Notes: generated by a model from the sequence alone, not told the origin. A stretch of 64,000 nt of DNA from Salinispira sp. (GCA_965226555.1 CBDDDG010000022.1:96001-160000); one strand, 5' to 3'. Positions 1 to 11,400 are shown, numbered from the stretch's first letter. Numbers and translations: made by a program.

Positions 1-1115
1 CACCAGAATTTCATGTCGTGCCAGTATTCGAAGGGCGGTTCCTGTTTTGCATCCAGAAAATACAGCAGCCCCCCTGAGGTACTGTCCCAGCCGGATTCCA
101 GCATCCATTTCAGAATGTCGGTGCCAAGCCGTATATATTCCTGACGGCGCCTGCGGTCGGAGGCGCTGGCAACGCGGCAGTCATGGGTGTCGGCAGGATC
201 GGGGGCGGATCGGGCAGTGTGGGGGATGAGGTTTCCGTGTCCGCCGAGGTAATCGGCTTCCCTGAGAATGAACCATGCGGCTTCAATGCTGTGCCCGGGG
301 TTCACGAGGCGTCCCTCAAAATGGTCTTCCAGAAACTCGCCTGCCGGGCCGGTCTGCTCCAGAACGCAACGGAGTTCGGGCTTCACGTGGAGGGTTCTTA
401 TGGTTTCAATGCAGACGCGTATAAGTTCCGTATAGAAATTTTTCTCCGGCATTTCCAAGGTTTCCGGCGATTCAAGATTCTCTGAATGGGAATTGTTGGC
501 TTTGTAGATACTATTATGAGCCTCTCTGAGTTCCTGAGCAACATTAATGAGAATCATGAGGTGGGCAAGTCCCGATGTCGGGCGAACTCCGGCATTCATT
601 TTCGGTTCGGCGGGGTTCTTCAGGAAGGCGAGTACATTCAGGAGAAGCTGATGGGCCCGCCTGAGTCTGTCCGCATCGCCGGATGCCCTGGCCAGCATTG
701 CCTTTGCGATGGCGGCAAAACATTCGCTGAAAACATAGCGCCGCTTAATGAGTGGGCGTCCGTCCCGGGTGGTTCTGAAATACATTCTTCCATCGGCAGG
801 GTCGTAGCAGTGCCGATCGCTGAAACTCTCGGCAGATTCCGCTGCCCGCAGCAGCGTTTCTTCAAGTCTCCGGTACTTCGTTGCCGCATAGGGCCTCGTA
901 CCGGCAACAATACTGGCAGCGGCAAAGGTCCATGCGGCGCGCCCCTGAAACCAGACCGACTTATCCTGCTCAATAACAGCGCCCCGCCTGTTCAGCCCGG
1001 TAAAAATTCCGCCATGCTCACTATCAACCCCTTCGCGCAGCCAGAACGGCAGAACATTCCCGTACAGTAACTTACGATATCGGGTTATTTTCCTGCCAAT
1101 TGTTCCGGCATCCAT
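1..1115 (-). CDS. N-acylglucosamine 2-epimerase (AGE) family protein, 3' end runs off the window
   Basis: Not in the ORF track because there is no stop in the window. Manual translation from ATG 1115 (GGAGG RBS at 1121-1125) gives NVLPFWLREGVDSEHGG, DKSVWFQGRAAWTF, NPGHSIEAAWFIL and EYWHDMKFW, all typical AGE motifs. Confidence 0.9.
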   Translation of the reverse strand, partial: MDAGTIGRKITRYRKLLYGNVLPFWLREGVDSEHGGIFTGLNRRGAVIEQDKSVWFQGRAAWTFAAASIVAGTRPYAATKYRRLEETLLRAAESAESFSDRHCYDPADGRMYFRTTRDGRPLIKRRYVFSECFAAIAKAMLARASGDADRLRRAHQLLLNVLAFLKNPAEPKMNAGVRPTSGLAHLMILINVAQELREAHNSIYKANNSHSENLESPETLEMPEKNFYTELIRVCIETIRTLHVKPELRCVLEQTGPAGEFLEDHFEGRLVNPGHSIEAAWFILREADYLGGHGNLIPHTARSAPDPADTHDCRVASASDRRRRQEYIRLGTDILKWMLESGWDSTSGGLLYFLDAKQEPPFEYWHDMKFW

Positions 1116-1199
1116 ACATTCCTCCACGCGCCCATGCTCCCGCAGGCCCGTAGCCCGTGCGCCCTCCGGCAGGCAGATCAAGGCGGATTAAGCACATCA

Positions 1200-2150
1200 T
1201 CAGGCGCGAATTGAGCCGACCGTCAGCCCCCGCACAAAGTAGCGCTGAAACAGCGGAAAGGCAATGAGCACCGGCCCGGTGGTAATGAGCAGAGTTGCGA
1301 AAATAATTGTCTGCGTGGGCAGTTGCTGAATAAGTTCAAACAAGCGCGTGCCGCCGATAGTTCCGCTGTTTCGCACCAGAAAGTCAATGTTCTGTTCAAT
1401 GTTAATGAGCAGGTTTGGCAGAGGAGTCCACTTTGGGCTCCGTATGAACAGTAGCGCGGTGTACCAGTTATTCCAGTAATCGAGCATGGTGAAAAATGCT
1501 ATGGTCGCAATGCTGGGCTTGGCAATGGGAACCACCAGCTTAAAGAGTATCTGGAATTCATTGGCTCCTTCAATCCGCCCGGATTCAATAATTCCTGTGG
1601 GAATGTTAAATGCCAGAAAAGATCGCAGAACAATTACATTAAAAGGATTAATAAGTGTCGCAAGCACCAGCACAAGAAAAGTATCGCCGAGAAAAAGAAG
1701 CTGCGTCACCACCATGTAGAAGGGAATGAGACCGGCATTGAAGAGCAGAGTAATGAGCACAATGAAACTGATCTGCCTCCGGAACCTGAATTCAGGGCGC
1801 GAAAGCGCGTAGGCGCAGAGCAGCATAACAAATACTGACAGACAGGTTCCAATTGTCGTCATTGAAATTGATACAAAATATGAACGGCCTATCTGCTGGC
1901 CAGCCTCAAAAATGTAGTCGTAGGCGGCAGTACTCCATTCAGATGGAATAAAACGGTAGCCGAAATTTTTAATGGAATCTTCGGACGAAAACGACACAGA
2001 CGCAACAAGAATAAAGGGAATCAGACAGAGCAGGGCAAATGCGCCAATGCAAATGTTGAGAAAAACATTGCTATGAACCGAAATGGCATTTACCCGCAGA
2101 CTAATTTTTGCGGGTCTGGATTTTGCAGATTTTGCAGATGCAATAGTCAT
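1200..2150 (-). CDS. Carbohydrate ABC transporter permease (MalG-like)
   Basis: Multiple TM helices and EAA loop IIESGRIEGANEFQILFKLVVP; C-terminal FQRYFVRGLTVGSIR. Likely start MTIAS at 2150. Confidence 0.9.
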   Translation of the reverse strand: MTIASAKSAKSRPAKISLRVNAISVHSNVFLNICIGAFALLCLIPFILVASVSFSSEDSIKNFGYRFIPSEWSTAAYDYIFEAGQQIGRSYFVSISMTTIGTCLSVFVMLLCAYALSRPEFRFRRQISFIVLITLLFNAGLIPFYMVVTQLLFLGDTFLVLVLATLINPFNVIVLRSFLAFNIPTGIIESGRIEGANEFQILFKLVVPIAKPSIATIAFFTMLDYWNNWYTALLFIRSPKWTPLPNLLINIEQNIDFLVRNSGTIGGTRLFELIQQLPTQTIIFATLLITTGPVLIAFPLFQRYFVRGLTVGSIRA

Positions 2151-2169
2151 GCGCCCCCCTTCATCAACA

Positions 2170-3150
2170 TCAGAATAGACTCTTGGATTTATCAATGCGC
2201 CGAACGAGAAAGTTTGCCCCAACGACAAGCATGAACCCAATGAGCGACTGCAGAAACCCGATCGCCGCGCCCAGCCCCAGATCGCCCCGCACAAAAAGCG
2301 CGCGGAACACATACGTGTCAATAACATTGGTAGCCGGATACAGGGCACCGGTATTTCTCGGCACCTGATAGAACAGCCCAAAATCGGCAAAGAATATTCT
2401 CCCGAAGGCCAGAATCATGAGGACGAGAATAATGGGGGCAATGAGGGGAACAGATATGTGCCGTATCTGCTGCCATTTTGACGCCCCATCGACAACAGCG
2501 GCATCGTAGAACGTCGGATTTATCGCTGTTAGGGCAGCCAGATAAATAATGGAATTATACCCGACACTTTTCCACAGAGAGACCAGAATGAGAATGAGCG
2601 GCCAGCGCTCGGACTCAGAGTACCAACGCACCCCCGCTCCGCCGAGAGCCTGAATAATCTGGTTGAGCAGACCATTCGAGGGGCTGAGAATTGCATACAA
2701 CAGGTAGCTCACCACAACCCAGGACATGAAAAAGGGGAGAATGGACAGGGTCTGGTAGATTTTTGCCAGTTTTTTCTGCCGAATTTCGTTCAGACAGATG
2801 GCCAGCGCAACGGCAAAAAAGGCGCCGAGCACAATGAACGCAAAATTATAGACAAGCGTATTCCGAATAATTGTTCCCGTTGCGCTGCCGACAAACAGCG
2901 AGCGGAAATTTGCAAAATTATTCCATGAGCTCGTTATAAGATTCCCAATAAACCCCTGGCCCGCCGTAATGCGGAAATCCTTAAAAGCGAGAATCATGCC
3001 CGGCATGGGCAAGTATCGAAAAAGAAACAGCCAGATAAGGGCGGGCAGCGTCATAAGAAACAGGGATGCGGTCATGGCAGTCTGAGTGCCGCCTCGCTTA
3101 CGATGTTTCGGCATGGAAATGGAAGCCTTCTTCATAATAATATTCTTCAT
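2170..3150 (-). CDS. Carbohydrate ABC transporter permease (MalF/LplB-like)
   Basis: EAA motif FYDAAVVDGASKWQQIRHI, TM helices, NVIDTYVFR motif. Confidence 0.9.
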   Translation of the reverse strand: MKNIIMKKASISMPKHRKRGGTQTAMTASLFLMTLPALIWLFLFRYLPMPGMILAFKDFRITAGQGFIGNLITSSWNNFANFRSLFVGSATGTIIRNTLVYNFAFIVLGAFFAVALAICLNEIRQKKLAKIYQTLSILPFFMSWVVVSYLLYAILSPSNGLLNQIIQALGGAGVRWYSESERWPLILILVSLWKSVGYNSIIYLAALTAINPTFYDAAVVDGASKWQQIRHISVPLIAPIILVLMILAFGRIFFADFGLFYQVPRNTGALYPATNVIDTYVFRALFVRGDLGLGAAIGFLQSLIGFMLVVGANFLVRRIDKSKSLF

Positions 3151-3180
3151 ACTCAATTACAACGTGCGGAAACATAAGAA

Positions 3181-3220
3181 CCGGCCTGCAACAGCGCGGA
3201 AAGAGCGAAACGCAGGCCGG
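3181..3220. terminator. GC-rich stem-loop between the SBP and first permease gene (mRNA stabiliser or partial terminator)
   Basis: Inverted repeat CCGGCCTGC (3181-3189) / GCAGGCCGG (3212-3220) just downstream of the SBP stop. Confidence 0.5.
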
Positions 3221-3246
3221 AAACACAATCCAAAACATTCTATCGT

Positions 3247-4716
3247 TTATTGAGCCGCGTACCAAGCATCAAACTGCCGCTGCAGTTCAGCCATGACCTT
3301 ATCAATTCCGTCCCGATCAAGCCGGGTGTTAATTTCGGCAAGCGAGGCATCGACTGAGTCACCATCAAAAAGGAAATTCTTGAATTCCTCCATAGTATTG
3401 GTGATCGCGTCAATTTCTCCCCGAATTGTTGTGTAGTCCGGAGTGAAACCAAGCGCCGGCGAAGCTGCCGCAGAGTTATTGAATTTGGCAAACTCAACCC
3501 AGAGATCATCGGGCTGGCCCTCAGTCAACCAGAGAATGAAGAAATTCTGCAGGGTGAACTGCGGAATGGGCCAGTTCGCATCGGTACTGCGGACAATACG
3601 ATTTGCTCCGGTTTGCTCGTAATGAACACCTTCAATACCCCAGTTCAGGGCATTGCGCACATATTCATCGCTGTTGAGAAGGTTCAGAAACTGCATAACC
3701 TTATCGGGACGCTGGGAATTCGCGGAAATTGCCAGCATGGAACCGGAAACGGAGGAATTCTCAGCGACCGGATCGGCAGTGGCCGTAAAGTAAATGGGAA
3801 TGCGATACCGTGTCTCCAGCGCGGGTCCCGCCCCGGGAAAGGCAAGGTCGTGCTTCACCAGAAAGTTGCCCTTGCTCAGTTCGTTGGTAACCGCCCCGAT
3901 AACCGATGTGAGCGTCGGCAGGTCGGGATGTATGTACCCGGCATCAATAAGCTGCTTGAATTTTCGGTATACGGAAATTTGCTCCGGCACCTCAAATTGA
4001 TTGCGTATTTTCAGATCGCGCTGGTCGACATAGAAAACAAAGGGCAGCGAAAGGTTCAGCCAGGTAATGTTTTCGCGGTCTCTTATGGCTCCGTCAATGG
4101 GTTCCGGCCACATGGGATAATCGTTGGGATAGTCGCGCTTGAATTGTTCGATGTAGGGCAGAAAGGTATCGTAGGTTACCGAGGTCATTTCCTCGGGGAC
4201 AATTCCGTACTGGTCAATAATCTTTTTAGACATGACATTGACGGGCCAGTTGCCAATTTCCTTATTGGTCGGCACGGCGTAGACCTCGCCATCAATTCTG
4301 TTCCCATCGAAAAACGCAGGGGAGAGAATATTGAGAATATCTTGCCCATGCTCCTCCAGAAGATCATTCAGAGGATGAAAAACACCCTTGAGCGCATTCT
4401 CCCGATAGTTAAAGGCCCATCCGGCCGTAAATGCCAAATCCCATCGTTCCCCGGAATTGGCAATTAGGTTCATCCGCTCGGAATATGAATCGAGTGCCTG
4501 AAACCTCAGAGTAACGTTTATTTTTTCAGTCAGATATTCATTCAATTCCCCGAAAAACTGATCGTATTCATCTGCGTTCGGCTGTCCTCCAAAATGATAC
4601 CAGATGATTTCATAGGTCGCATCCATATCCATATCCATATCCATTTCTGCTTCTCCGCCGGCAAAGGCTGAAAACAGAATTGTGAAAACAATTACTACCA
4701 TAGCGCATTGTTTCAT
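3247..4716 (-). CDS. ABC transporter sugar-binding protein (LplA/DUF3502-like)
   Basis: AGGAGG RBS before ATG 4716; signal peptide ending FAGG; WGIEGVHY motif; C-terminal GIDKVMAELQRQFDAW typical of DUF3502 SBPs. Confidence 0.85.
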   Translation of the reverse strand: MKQCAMVVIVFTILFSAFAGGEAEMDMDMDMDATYEIIWYHFGGQPNADEYDQFFGELNEYLTEKINVTLRFQALDSYSERMNLIANSGERWDLAFTAGWAFNYRENALKGVFHPLNDLLEEHGQDILNILSPAFFDGNRIDGEVYAVPTNKEIGNWPVNVMSKKIIDQYGIVPEEMTSVTYDTFLPYIEQFKRDYPNDYPMWPEPIDGAIRDRENITWLNLSLPFVFYVDQRDLKIRNQFEVPEQISVYRKFKQLIDAGYIHPDLPTLTSVIGAVTNELSKGNFLVKHDLAFPGAGPALETRYRIPIYFTATADPVAENSSVSGSMLAISANSQRPDKVMQFLNLLNSDEYVRNALNWGIEGVHYEQTGANRIVRSTDANWPIPQFTLQNFFILWLTEGQPDDLWVEFAKFNNSAAASPALGFTPDYTTIRGEIDAITNTMEEFKNFLFDGDSVDASLAEINTRLDRDGIDKVMAELQRQFDAWYAAQ

Positions 4717-4731
4717 AATTATACCTCCTTG

Positions 4732-4785
4732 GAAACTTTTGCTACTGGAAATTGTGCAAGCACAATTTTCCAATGCAAAACCTTC
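4732..4785. repeat. Palindromic intergenic repeat, long type, copy 1
   Basis: GAAACTTTTGCTACTGGAAATTGTGC-AA-GCACAATTTTCCAATGCAAAA; near-identical copies at 8253, 29211, 37904 and 45387. Confidence 0.85.
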
Positions 4786-5031
4786 TCATGGGAATTTCTC
4801 AAAACTGAGTAATTCCCCTTTGGGTTAAAACCCGTAATAATTGTTTACAGTATAAACCTTCTTTGCAGTTTGGCAAGACTTTTCTGAAAAAAGTTTGGGA
4901 AATAAACCTTTGGACAGATACACTGGGGGTTACTGAAAAACATAAAAGGAGAAAAATCTCAAATAATTTTCATCAGTTCATAAAGTTTCCAAAAGTTTCC
5001 CATATATGCGATATTTCACAGGAGGAATGCC

Positions 5032-6675
5032 ATGAACACACATGCGTTTATATGTACCGCGGATGCGGTGATTGTCGGGGGGAGTCTGGGGGCGGTGCAG
5101 GCGGCGAGGTCCTTGCTGGATATGGGATATTCGGTGGTGATGACGGAGGAGTGCGGATGGATTGGGGGGCAGCTCAGCGCGCAGGCGGTTCCGCCGGATG
5201 AGCATGAGTGGATAGAGGAGTTCGGGTGTACGCGGCGGTATAAGGAGTATCGGGAGGCGGTGCGGGGGTATTTTTGCGGGAGCGCCGGGTTTAGTGCCGG
5301 ACTCTGCGCGCGCGGGGGCTTTGATCCGGGGAATTCCTGGGTGTCGCGGCTTGCGCATCCGCCGGAGCTTGCGCATGAGCTGTTGTTGGGGAGTCTTCGG
5401 CCGGACATTGAGAGCGGGAGGCTTGTTCTGCTCACGGGGGCGGTGCCGGTGGGGGCGGAGGTCGATGTCAGTCGGAGAGGGGGAAAGGCATCCGGAGAAA
5501 TATCAGGAAAAAAAACAGTGAGGTCGATCAGGATTCGATTCCTTGCCGATAATTCGGAGCGGGAGCTTCGGGCAGAGGTTTTTGTTGATGGGACGGATCA
5601 GGGCGATGTGCTGCCCATTGTCGGCGCAGATTATGTGACCGGAGCGGAGTCCCGGCTCATGACCCGGGAGCCCGGCGCTCCGCTGAGGGAGCGTCCTGCC
5701 GATATGCAGCCGGTCACCTGGGTGCTGTCGCTGGGGTTGAACTGCGGTGAGTCGCCCATTGAGAAGCCCGCGCGCTATGAATATTTTCGGGAAATGCGGC
5801 AGCCCTTCGGCACCGGCGGGCATTCGGTGCTGAGCTGCTACGGACCCGATGGCGCAAGCGGCGGGGCACGGAGGTTTCCCATTCTTGAGGATGAGGGCGA
5901 CCTGCCCCTGTGGACTTATCGGCGAATTCAGTTTCCCGGGTACTTCAGCGCGCCCCGCCGGGAAATCAGCCTGCTGAACTGGCCGCAGAACGACTATTTT
6001 ATGGCAAATATCATTGAGACCGGCGCGCGCGGCGCGGGTGGGGGCGAGCGCGGGGGACAAAGCGCTGGCGAGTGGTCTGGGGGCAGAACCGGGGCGAAGG
6101 AGTTGAGCTATGCCTTTTTGTATTGGCTACAGACGGAGGCGCCGCGGAGGAGCGGGGGGCGGGGATACCCCGAAATTGGACTGCTGCGCGATGTGCTGGG
6201 TACGCCTGACGGAGCCGCGCAGTTTCCCTACATTCGCGAGGGAAGGAGGATTCGGGCGCTGAGGACGGTTACGGCGCGCGATCTTCTTGAGCGATTTCAT
6301 GCGGGGCTGCCGCGACAGAAAGATAGCGTTGGGGTGGGGAGCTATGCCATCGATCTGCACATTACAACGGAGACACACAGCTTTCTCTATGCGAAGAGGG
6401 CGCTTCCCTTTGAGATTCCGCTGTCTGCCCTCATCCCCCGCGATATGACCAACCTCATTCCTGCGTCCAAGAATGTCGGGAGCAGCCATTTGAGCAACGG
6501 CTGCTTTCGGGTGCATCCGGTGGAGTGGAACATCGGCGAGGTCGCGGGGTATTTAGCCGGCTGCTGTCTCAGGCGCGGGGTGCGGCCTGCTGATATGTAT
6601 CGGGAGCATCTTGAGGATTTTCAGGATTTCATACAGGACAGGGGCGTTGAAATATCGTGGCCCGCGGATATGTAA
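5032..6675 (+). CDS. FAD-dependent oxidoreductase (FAD_oxidored family)
   Basis: Rossmann motif VIVGGSLGAVQAA, WIGGQLSAQAVPPDE, PYIREGRRI, RVHPVEWNIGE; GGAGG RBS. Confidence 0.85.
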   Translation: MNTHAFICTADAVIVGGSLGAVQAARSLLDMGYSVVMTEECGWIGGQLSAQAVPPDEHEWIEEFGCTRRYKEYREAVRGYFCGSAGFSAGLCARGGFDPGNSWVSRLAHPPELAHELLLGSLRPDIESGRLVLLTGAVPVGAEVDVSRRGGKASGEISGKKTVRSIRIRFLADNSERELRAEVFVDGTDQGDVLPIVGADYVTGAESRLMTREPGAPLRERPADMQPVTWVLSLGLNCGESPIEKPARYEYFREMRQPFGTGGHSVLSCYGPDGASGGARRFPILEDEGDLPLWTYRRIQFPGYFSAPRREISLLNWPQNDYFMANIIETGARGAGGGERGGQSAGEWSGGRTGAKELSYAFLYWLQTEAPRRSGGRGYPEIGLLRDVLGTPDGAAQFPYIREGRRIRALRTVTARDLLERFHAGLPRQKDSVGVGSYAIDLHITTETHSFLYAKRALPFEIPLSALIPRDMTNLIPASKNVGSSHLSNGCFRVHPVEWNIGEVAGYLAGCCLRRGVRPADMYREHLEDFQDFIQDRGVEISWPADM

Positions 6676-6688
6676 GGAATGAGTCGGT

Positions 6689-8251
6689 TCAATTGGGAGC
6701 GGTCAGTTCAATTTCAAACGGACGTCCCCAGGGGAACGATACGGTGTAGTTTGCCCCGCGTAGCCAGTGGCTGTCGGGGAGTTCGGTTCTGAGGGCTGCG
6801 TTTATGCGGTCGCGGGTTTGTTCGCCCAGTGCGCGCAGGGTTTTTTCTGCGCTGGCTGCATTTGTTTCGCTGGCGGTTCGCGGGGGAAAGGGGGGGAAGT
6901 CTGACAGGCGGAGTTTCCGGCGGACAAGGGTCATGTATCCGAAGTCCTCGAAGATGCGCTGGCGGAGGAGGTCCCTGCTGTTGAGCCGGAGGACGGCGGC
7001 GGCGCAGACGGTGCCGATGGTGTTGCCGCAGGTGTTCCATGCTGCGTAGAAGGCCAGTTTGCCGAGGAGTCCGCGCCGGTCAAGCAGGCGGAGCAGGGCG
7101 CGGTCGCCGCCGTTTGTGTAGCTGATGTCGGCAAGATAGACGGCTGTTGAGGGGGGCAGGGCGGCTATTGCATCTGCAAGGCGGATGAGCTGCGGGGCAG
7201 GGCGGCTGGCGGACGCGCTGAGTGCATGCGTTCGGGGCGCGGGAGCTGGCGCGGGCTGTTCGGAGGCTTCGCGGGTGGCGCCGAGGGGGAGGTTGAAGGC
7301 GATGGCGAGGTCTTCGGGGGTGGGCGATTCGCTGATATTGGTCAGGGTGAAATGTTTCTGGATGCAGTCGGCGAGTTTCAGGTTTTCATAGCGGGGAATA
7401 ATTTCCAGACCTGCTCTGTGACTGTGAATAGGGAATATGCGGGTGGGCTGGCCATTTTTCCGGACATCTTTCCATGCCCGCGCGGCGAGGCTGCAGCCTG
7501 TTTCATCTGCTCCCGGATAGTGCAGAATGCGCGCGTGCAGGGGGGGGATGTTGAGCTGCATCAATTCCAGAGAGGAAAAACTGAACGCTGCGTTGTCGTC
7601 CTGAGGGATGGCGAGGCAGCCGATTCTGCCGTCCAATGCTGCCCGCAGAAGTTGCCGTGTGTATGAAAGGTTAAGTTGTCGGCGGGGCAGGTAGTCGCGC
7701 AGAATGTCGGGGGGAATGTCGGTTCGCAGGGCGGAGAGTTCCTGTTCTTCCTGCCTGCGGATAATACCGGTTGCCTGCCTGTGACGGAGGGCTCCGAGGC
7801 GATGGAGGCTGGCGCCCCAGTGTTCGCAGTACTCCGGTTCTTCGTCCGCTGAGTTGTATGATGGGCTGCGCATAATGACTACGCTGACATATAGTTTCAG
7901 GTGCGGGTAACGGGACCCGAGACCGAGCAGGGTGTTGAGGCGGTCGTTGAGCCTGTACCGGTCTAATGTGTGGATGCGGGAGGGGAGAAGTCCGCCGTAG
8001 AGGAGCATATCGGCTGAGGCAACGATGGCAGATGCCTGCCCCGCATACCGCTGTATCCAGTCGAATATCGCCGGAACATCGGCGGGTTCTTTCCTGAGTC
8101 CGAGCAGGGCGCGGGGCACCGACCGCAGCTCAGTCCGCGCATGAGTGTTCGCATCAGCCCTAACATCGGCCCTTACATCAGCAAAAAACTGAACCGGCCA
8201 AGAAGAATTACAGGGGCGTTCATCGAGGGGAATGGAGAGAATTATATTCAT
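6689..8251 (-). CDS. DUF4127 family protein
   Basis: Motifs IPLDERP, YGGLLPSRIH, YPGADE, ADISYTNGGD and YAAWNTCGNTIGT. Confidence 0.75.
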   Translation of the reverse strand: MNIILSIPLDERPCNSSWPVQFFADVRADVRADANTHARTELRSVPRALLGLRKEPADVPAIFDWIQRYAGQASAIVASADMLLYGGLLPSRIHTLDRYRLNDRLNTLLGLGSRYPHLKLYVSVVIMRSPSYNSADEEPEYCEHWGASLHRLGALRHRQATGIIRRQEEQELSALRTDIPPDILRDYLPRRQLNLSYTRQLLRAALDGRIGCLAIPQDDNAAFSFSSLELMQLNIPPLHARILHYPGADETGCSLAARAWKDVRKNGQPTRIFPIHSHRAGLEIIPRYENLKLADCIQKHFTLTNISESPTPEDLAIAFNLPLGATREASEQPAPAPAPRTHALSASASRPAPQLIRLADAIAALPPSTAVYLADISYTNGGDRALLRLLDRRGLLGKLAFYAAWNTCGNTIGTVCAAAVLRLNSRDLLRQRIFEDFGYMTLVRRKLRLSDFPPFPPRTASETNAASAEKTLRALGEQTRDRINAALRTELPDSHWLRGANYTVSFPWGRPFEIELTAPN

Positions 8252-8252
8252 A

Positions 8253-8306
8253 GAAACTTTTGCATTGGAAAATTGTGCAAGCACAATTTCCAGTAGCCAA
8301 AGTTTC
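8253..8306. repeat. Palindromic repeat, long type, copy 2 (inverted relative to copy 1)
   Basis: GAAACTTTTGCATTGGAAAATTGTGCAAGCACAATTTCCAGTAGCCAAAGTTTC. Confidence 0.85.
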
Positions 8307-8365
8307 CGATCTGGAATGCTTTCTTTGTGCTTAGCATTCTCCTATTTTATAGAAACTTTTGCATT
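8302..8365 (+). repeat. 64-bp dispersed direct repeat (second copy at 29077-29140)
   Basis: GTTTCCGATCTGGAATGCTTTCTTTGTGCTTAGCATTCT... matches 29077-29140 with 3 mismatches on manual comparison. Confidence 0.85.
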
Positions 8366-8412
8366 TTGTAAAACTTTGTCATAGAAACTTTTGCATTTTG
8401 TAAAACTTTGTC
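8349..8412 (+). repeat. Perfect 2 x 32-bp tandem duplication built from the palindromic-repeat terminus
   Basis: ATAGAAACTTTTGCATTTTGTAAAACTTTGTC at 8349-8380 and 8381-8412. Confidence 0.9.
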
Positions 8413-8468
8413 ATAACATTATGCAATGGGAATAGTACATAAAAGGAAATGTTTTGTATAATACCGAC

Positions 8469-11400
8469 ATGGAACCGGAAGCTATTGTTATTTCCCGGAT
8501 GCGGGCGGTTATGGTGGAGCTGGAGAAGCGGCTTTTTGCCGAAGTATGCCCGCTTGAGGGGCGCATTACCAGCTCGGCGCGTGCTGCTATTCCGCGCGCG
8601 GAGCTCGGGCAGCGGGAATGGCGGGCAATTGCGCTGGGGGAGAGATGGGGCGAGCCATGGGGACGAGCATGGTTTCTGTTTACCGGAGCTGTGCCCGCGG
8701 AGGTGCGGGAGAGTCCTGAGCGCTATGAAGCTCACATCAACATTGATGCCGAGGGCTGTGTCTATGTGAACGGGAAGCCCCACATCGGGCTTACGCATGG
8801 AGGGGCGCCCGGGGAGTTTTATCTGAAGCGGAAGGTGCCCCTGCGCGCGGAAATGTTTTCCAGAAATAGTGTGGAGATTTTTGTTGATGCCTCGGCGAAT
8901 CGGCTTTTCGGGGTTGCCCCGGGCGAGGATGCCGAGGAGCGAGGGCAGCGCGGAATGTACCGGCTTCGGGAGGCGCGTGTTGTTGCGCCTGATCGCGTGG
9001 TGGAGGGCATGGTTTTCGATATGGGCTTTCTGCTGGAGCTGGCGCTGGCCCTGCCGGAGAGATCGCGGAGGCGCCGAGTTATTCTGCGCTCTCTGAATGA
9101 TGCGGCAAATGTTATGGACAGCGGGGGCGGATACGGGCGGGCAGCGAAGTTGCTGTCGGCGCAGATCCGGGGGCAGGGAGGCGATACGGGCACGGAGGTC
9201 ATTTCGGTGGGGCATAGTCACCTGGATCTCGCGTGGCTGTGGCCGCTGCGGGAAACGCGGCGGAAGGCAGTGCGGACATCTGCAACAATGCTGCGGATGA
9301 TGGAGCGCTATTCCGACTATGTGTTTGGTTTCAGCCAGCCGCAGATGTATGCGTGGATTGCGGAGGACGAGCCCGAGCTGTTCACGGAAATTGCAGCGCG
9401 CGTTAAGGATGGGCGATGGGAATGCTTCGGCGCGCTCTGGGTTGAGCCCGATACGAACATTCCGTCATACGAGTCGCTCATTCGCCAATGTCTGTACGGC
9501 AAGCAGTACTGGAAGAGCACCTTCGGCATTGACTCCACTGTCGCCTGGCTGCCGGATACCTTCGGCTTTACGGCAGCCCTCCCGCAGATACTGAAGGGCT
9601 GCGGCATCGACAATTTTATTACCATCAAATTATCATGGAACGAACGGAACGCCTTTCCTTACCATGCCTTTCAATGGGAGGGAATTGATGGGAGCAGAGT
9701 GAATGCCCACATTCTCCCAACGCACAATTACAATTTCGACAACACTCCGGCGCAGCTTCGGGAGGCCGATTCCCGCTGGGAGGCCGGCGGACTTCTCGAC
9801 AGCTATCTCAATCTCTATGGTATTGGAGATGGGGGCGGCGGTCCCTCCATTGAGCATATTGAGTACGCCCGGCGGGCGGCCGACTGCGAGGGGCTGCCGC
9901 GTGTGACCATGATCGGCACTGACACCTTTTTCAGGGCCTTGCGCGGCGCGGCACCCGCCCTCCCTGTCTGGAAGGGCGAGCTCTACCTTGAACTGCATCG
10001 GGGAACCTATACCACGCAGGCAGAAATTAAGCGCCTGCACGCCCTCATTGAACTCGCCCTCCACGATCTCGAAGCTGTCTCGGTGCTGTACCGCCGCAAT
10101 CCGCCGCCCCAGCTCGAAAGCTGGTGGAAGATCCTGCTTCTCCATGAATTTCACGACATTCTCCCCGGAAGTTCCATTCATGAGGTCTATGTCGAAGCGA
10201 AACAGACACTGGCATCACTTCTGGCCGATGTGACCGGCGCCATACAGAATATTTTTGATATGAGTCCGCCGCCGATCGAACCCGCAACCGGGAATGATCC
10301 TGCACCGGCGCCCGCGGCGCTTACCCTCGTAAATACCAGAGGTATGGCAGATAGTGGCTGGGTTGAGCAGGGATGCGCGCACATTGCCTACGACCTACCG
10401 CCATTTTCCCATGCAGTATTTAACACGGTGCACGGTGAGCTGCCCGGTGAAAGCGCCTCTGAGGCCACGGAGTCCGCAAGGGCCGCAGAGAAGCCGAAAA
10501 CCGGCGAGTTCCTCCGGCAGAACGGCGCGTACATATTGACAAACGGCATTATCAGCCTGCGCATCAATGCCCGCGGGGCCATTACCTCCCTGCGCGATGA
10601 GCGCAACGGGAGAGAACTGCTGGAGGCGCCCGGAGCGCGGTTCCTGCTCTGGAAAGACAAGCCCTTCAATTGGGACGCCTGGGATGTGCCCGGTTATTAT
10701 CGGGAAACCAGCCCCAAAGAAGCTTCCATGACCGGCATTGACCTCATCTTCAACGACACCCGCGGCATCCGTTTGAAACTGAGCTACGCCGTGGGGAAGT
10801 CTTCCTTCACCTGCCTCCTGACCCTGCGTCCGGATTCGCCGCGCATCAATATCGACCTCAGCATCGACTGGCAGGAACGGAGAAAAATGCTGCGCCTGAG
10901 CCTGCCGACATCCATTCGCAGTTCCTTCGTGAACTGCGGAATTCAGGGCGGCTACGTGCAGCGATCCACGCTCATGAACAACTCATGGGAGCAGGCGCAT
11001 TTTGAGGAGCCGGTACATCGTTTTGCCGATATTTCCGATGCCCGGGCAGGTCTCGCGCTGTTTGCCTTCGCAAAATACGGCTTCCATTTCTCCGACTCCC
11101 TCATCGACCTGAACCTGCTGCGTTCTCCAATTGATCCCGACCCGGAAGCCGATGTCGGCACCCACTCCATCCGCCTAGGACTGTACTGTCATAACAACTC
11201 CTTCCATGAATCTGATGTCATAGATATTGCCGAACACTTCCATCACCCGCCGCTTGTCCTGCCCGGGGCGCCGCCTCCCGCCCTTCAGCCCATCCGCATT
11301 GCCTGCATCGACTCCCCGCGCACAACCCTGCGCATTCGCTTGCTGAAACCCGCCGAGTCCGGCGCTGGCAGCATCCTCCGCATTGCCGAAACCCGCGGTT

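Noticed and set aside
47..1070. Plus-strand ORFs 47-229, 183-485 and 486-1070
   Set aside because: They are antisense shadows of the minus-strand AGE epimerase gene that the ORF track missed.
3613..4467. 284-aa plus-strand ORF and similar long antisense ORFs (e.g. 8379-9221, 45640-46458, 47971-48690)
   Set aside because: They overlap well-supported genes on the opposite strand and show no recognisable motifs.
8253..8412. Possible mini CRISPR array (32-bp repeats)
   Set aside because: The repeats are directly tandem with no spacers, there are no cas genes, and they belong to the dispersed palindromic family.
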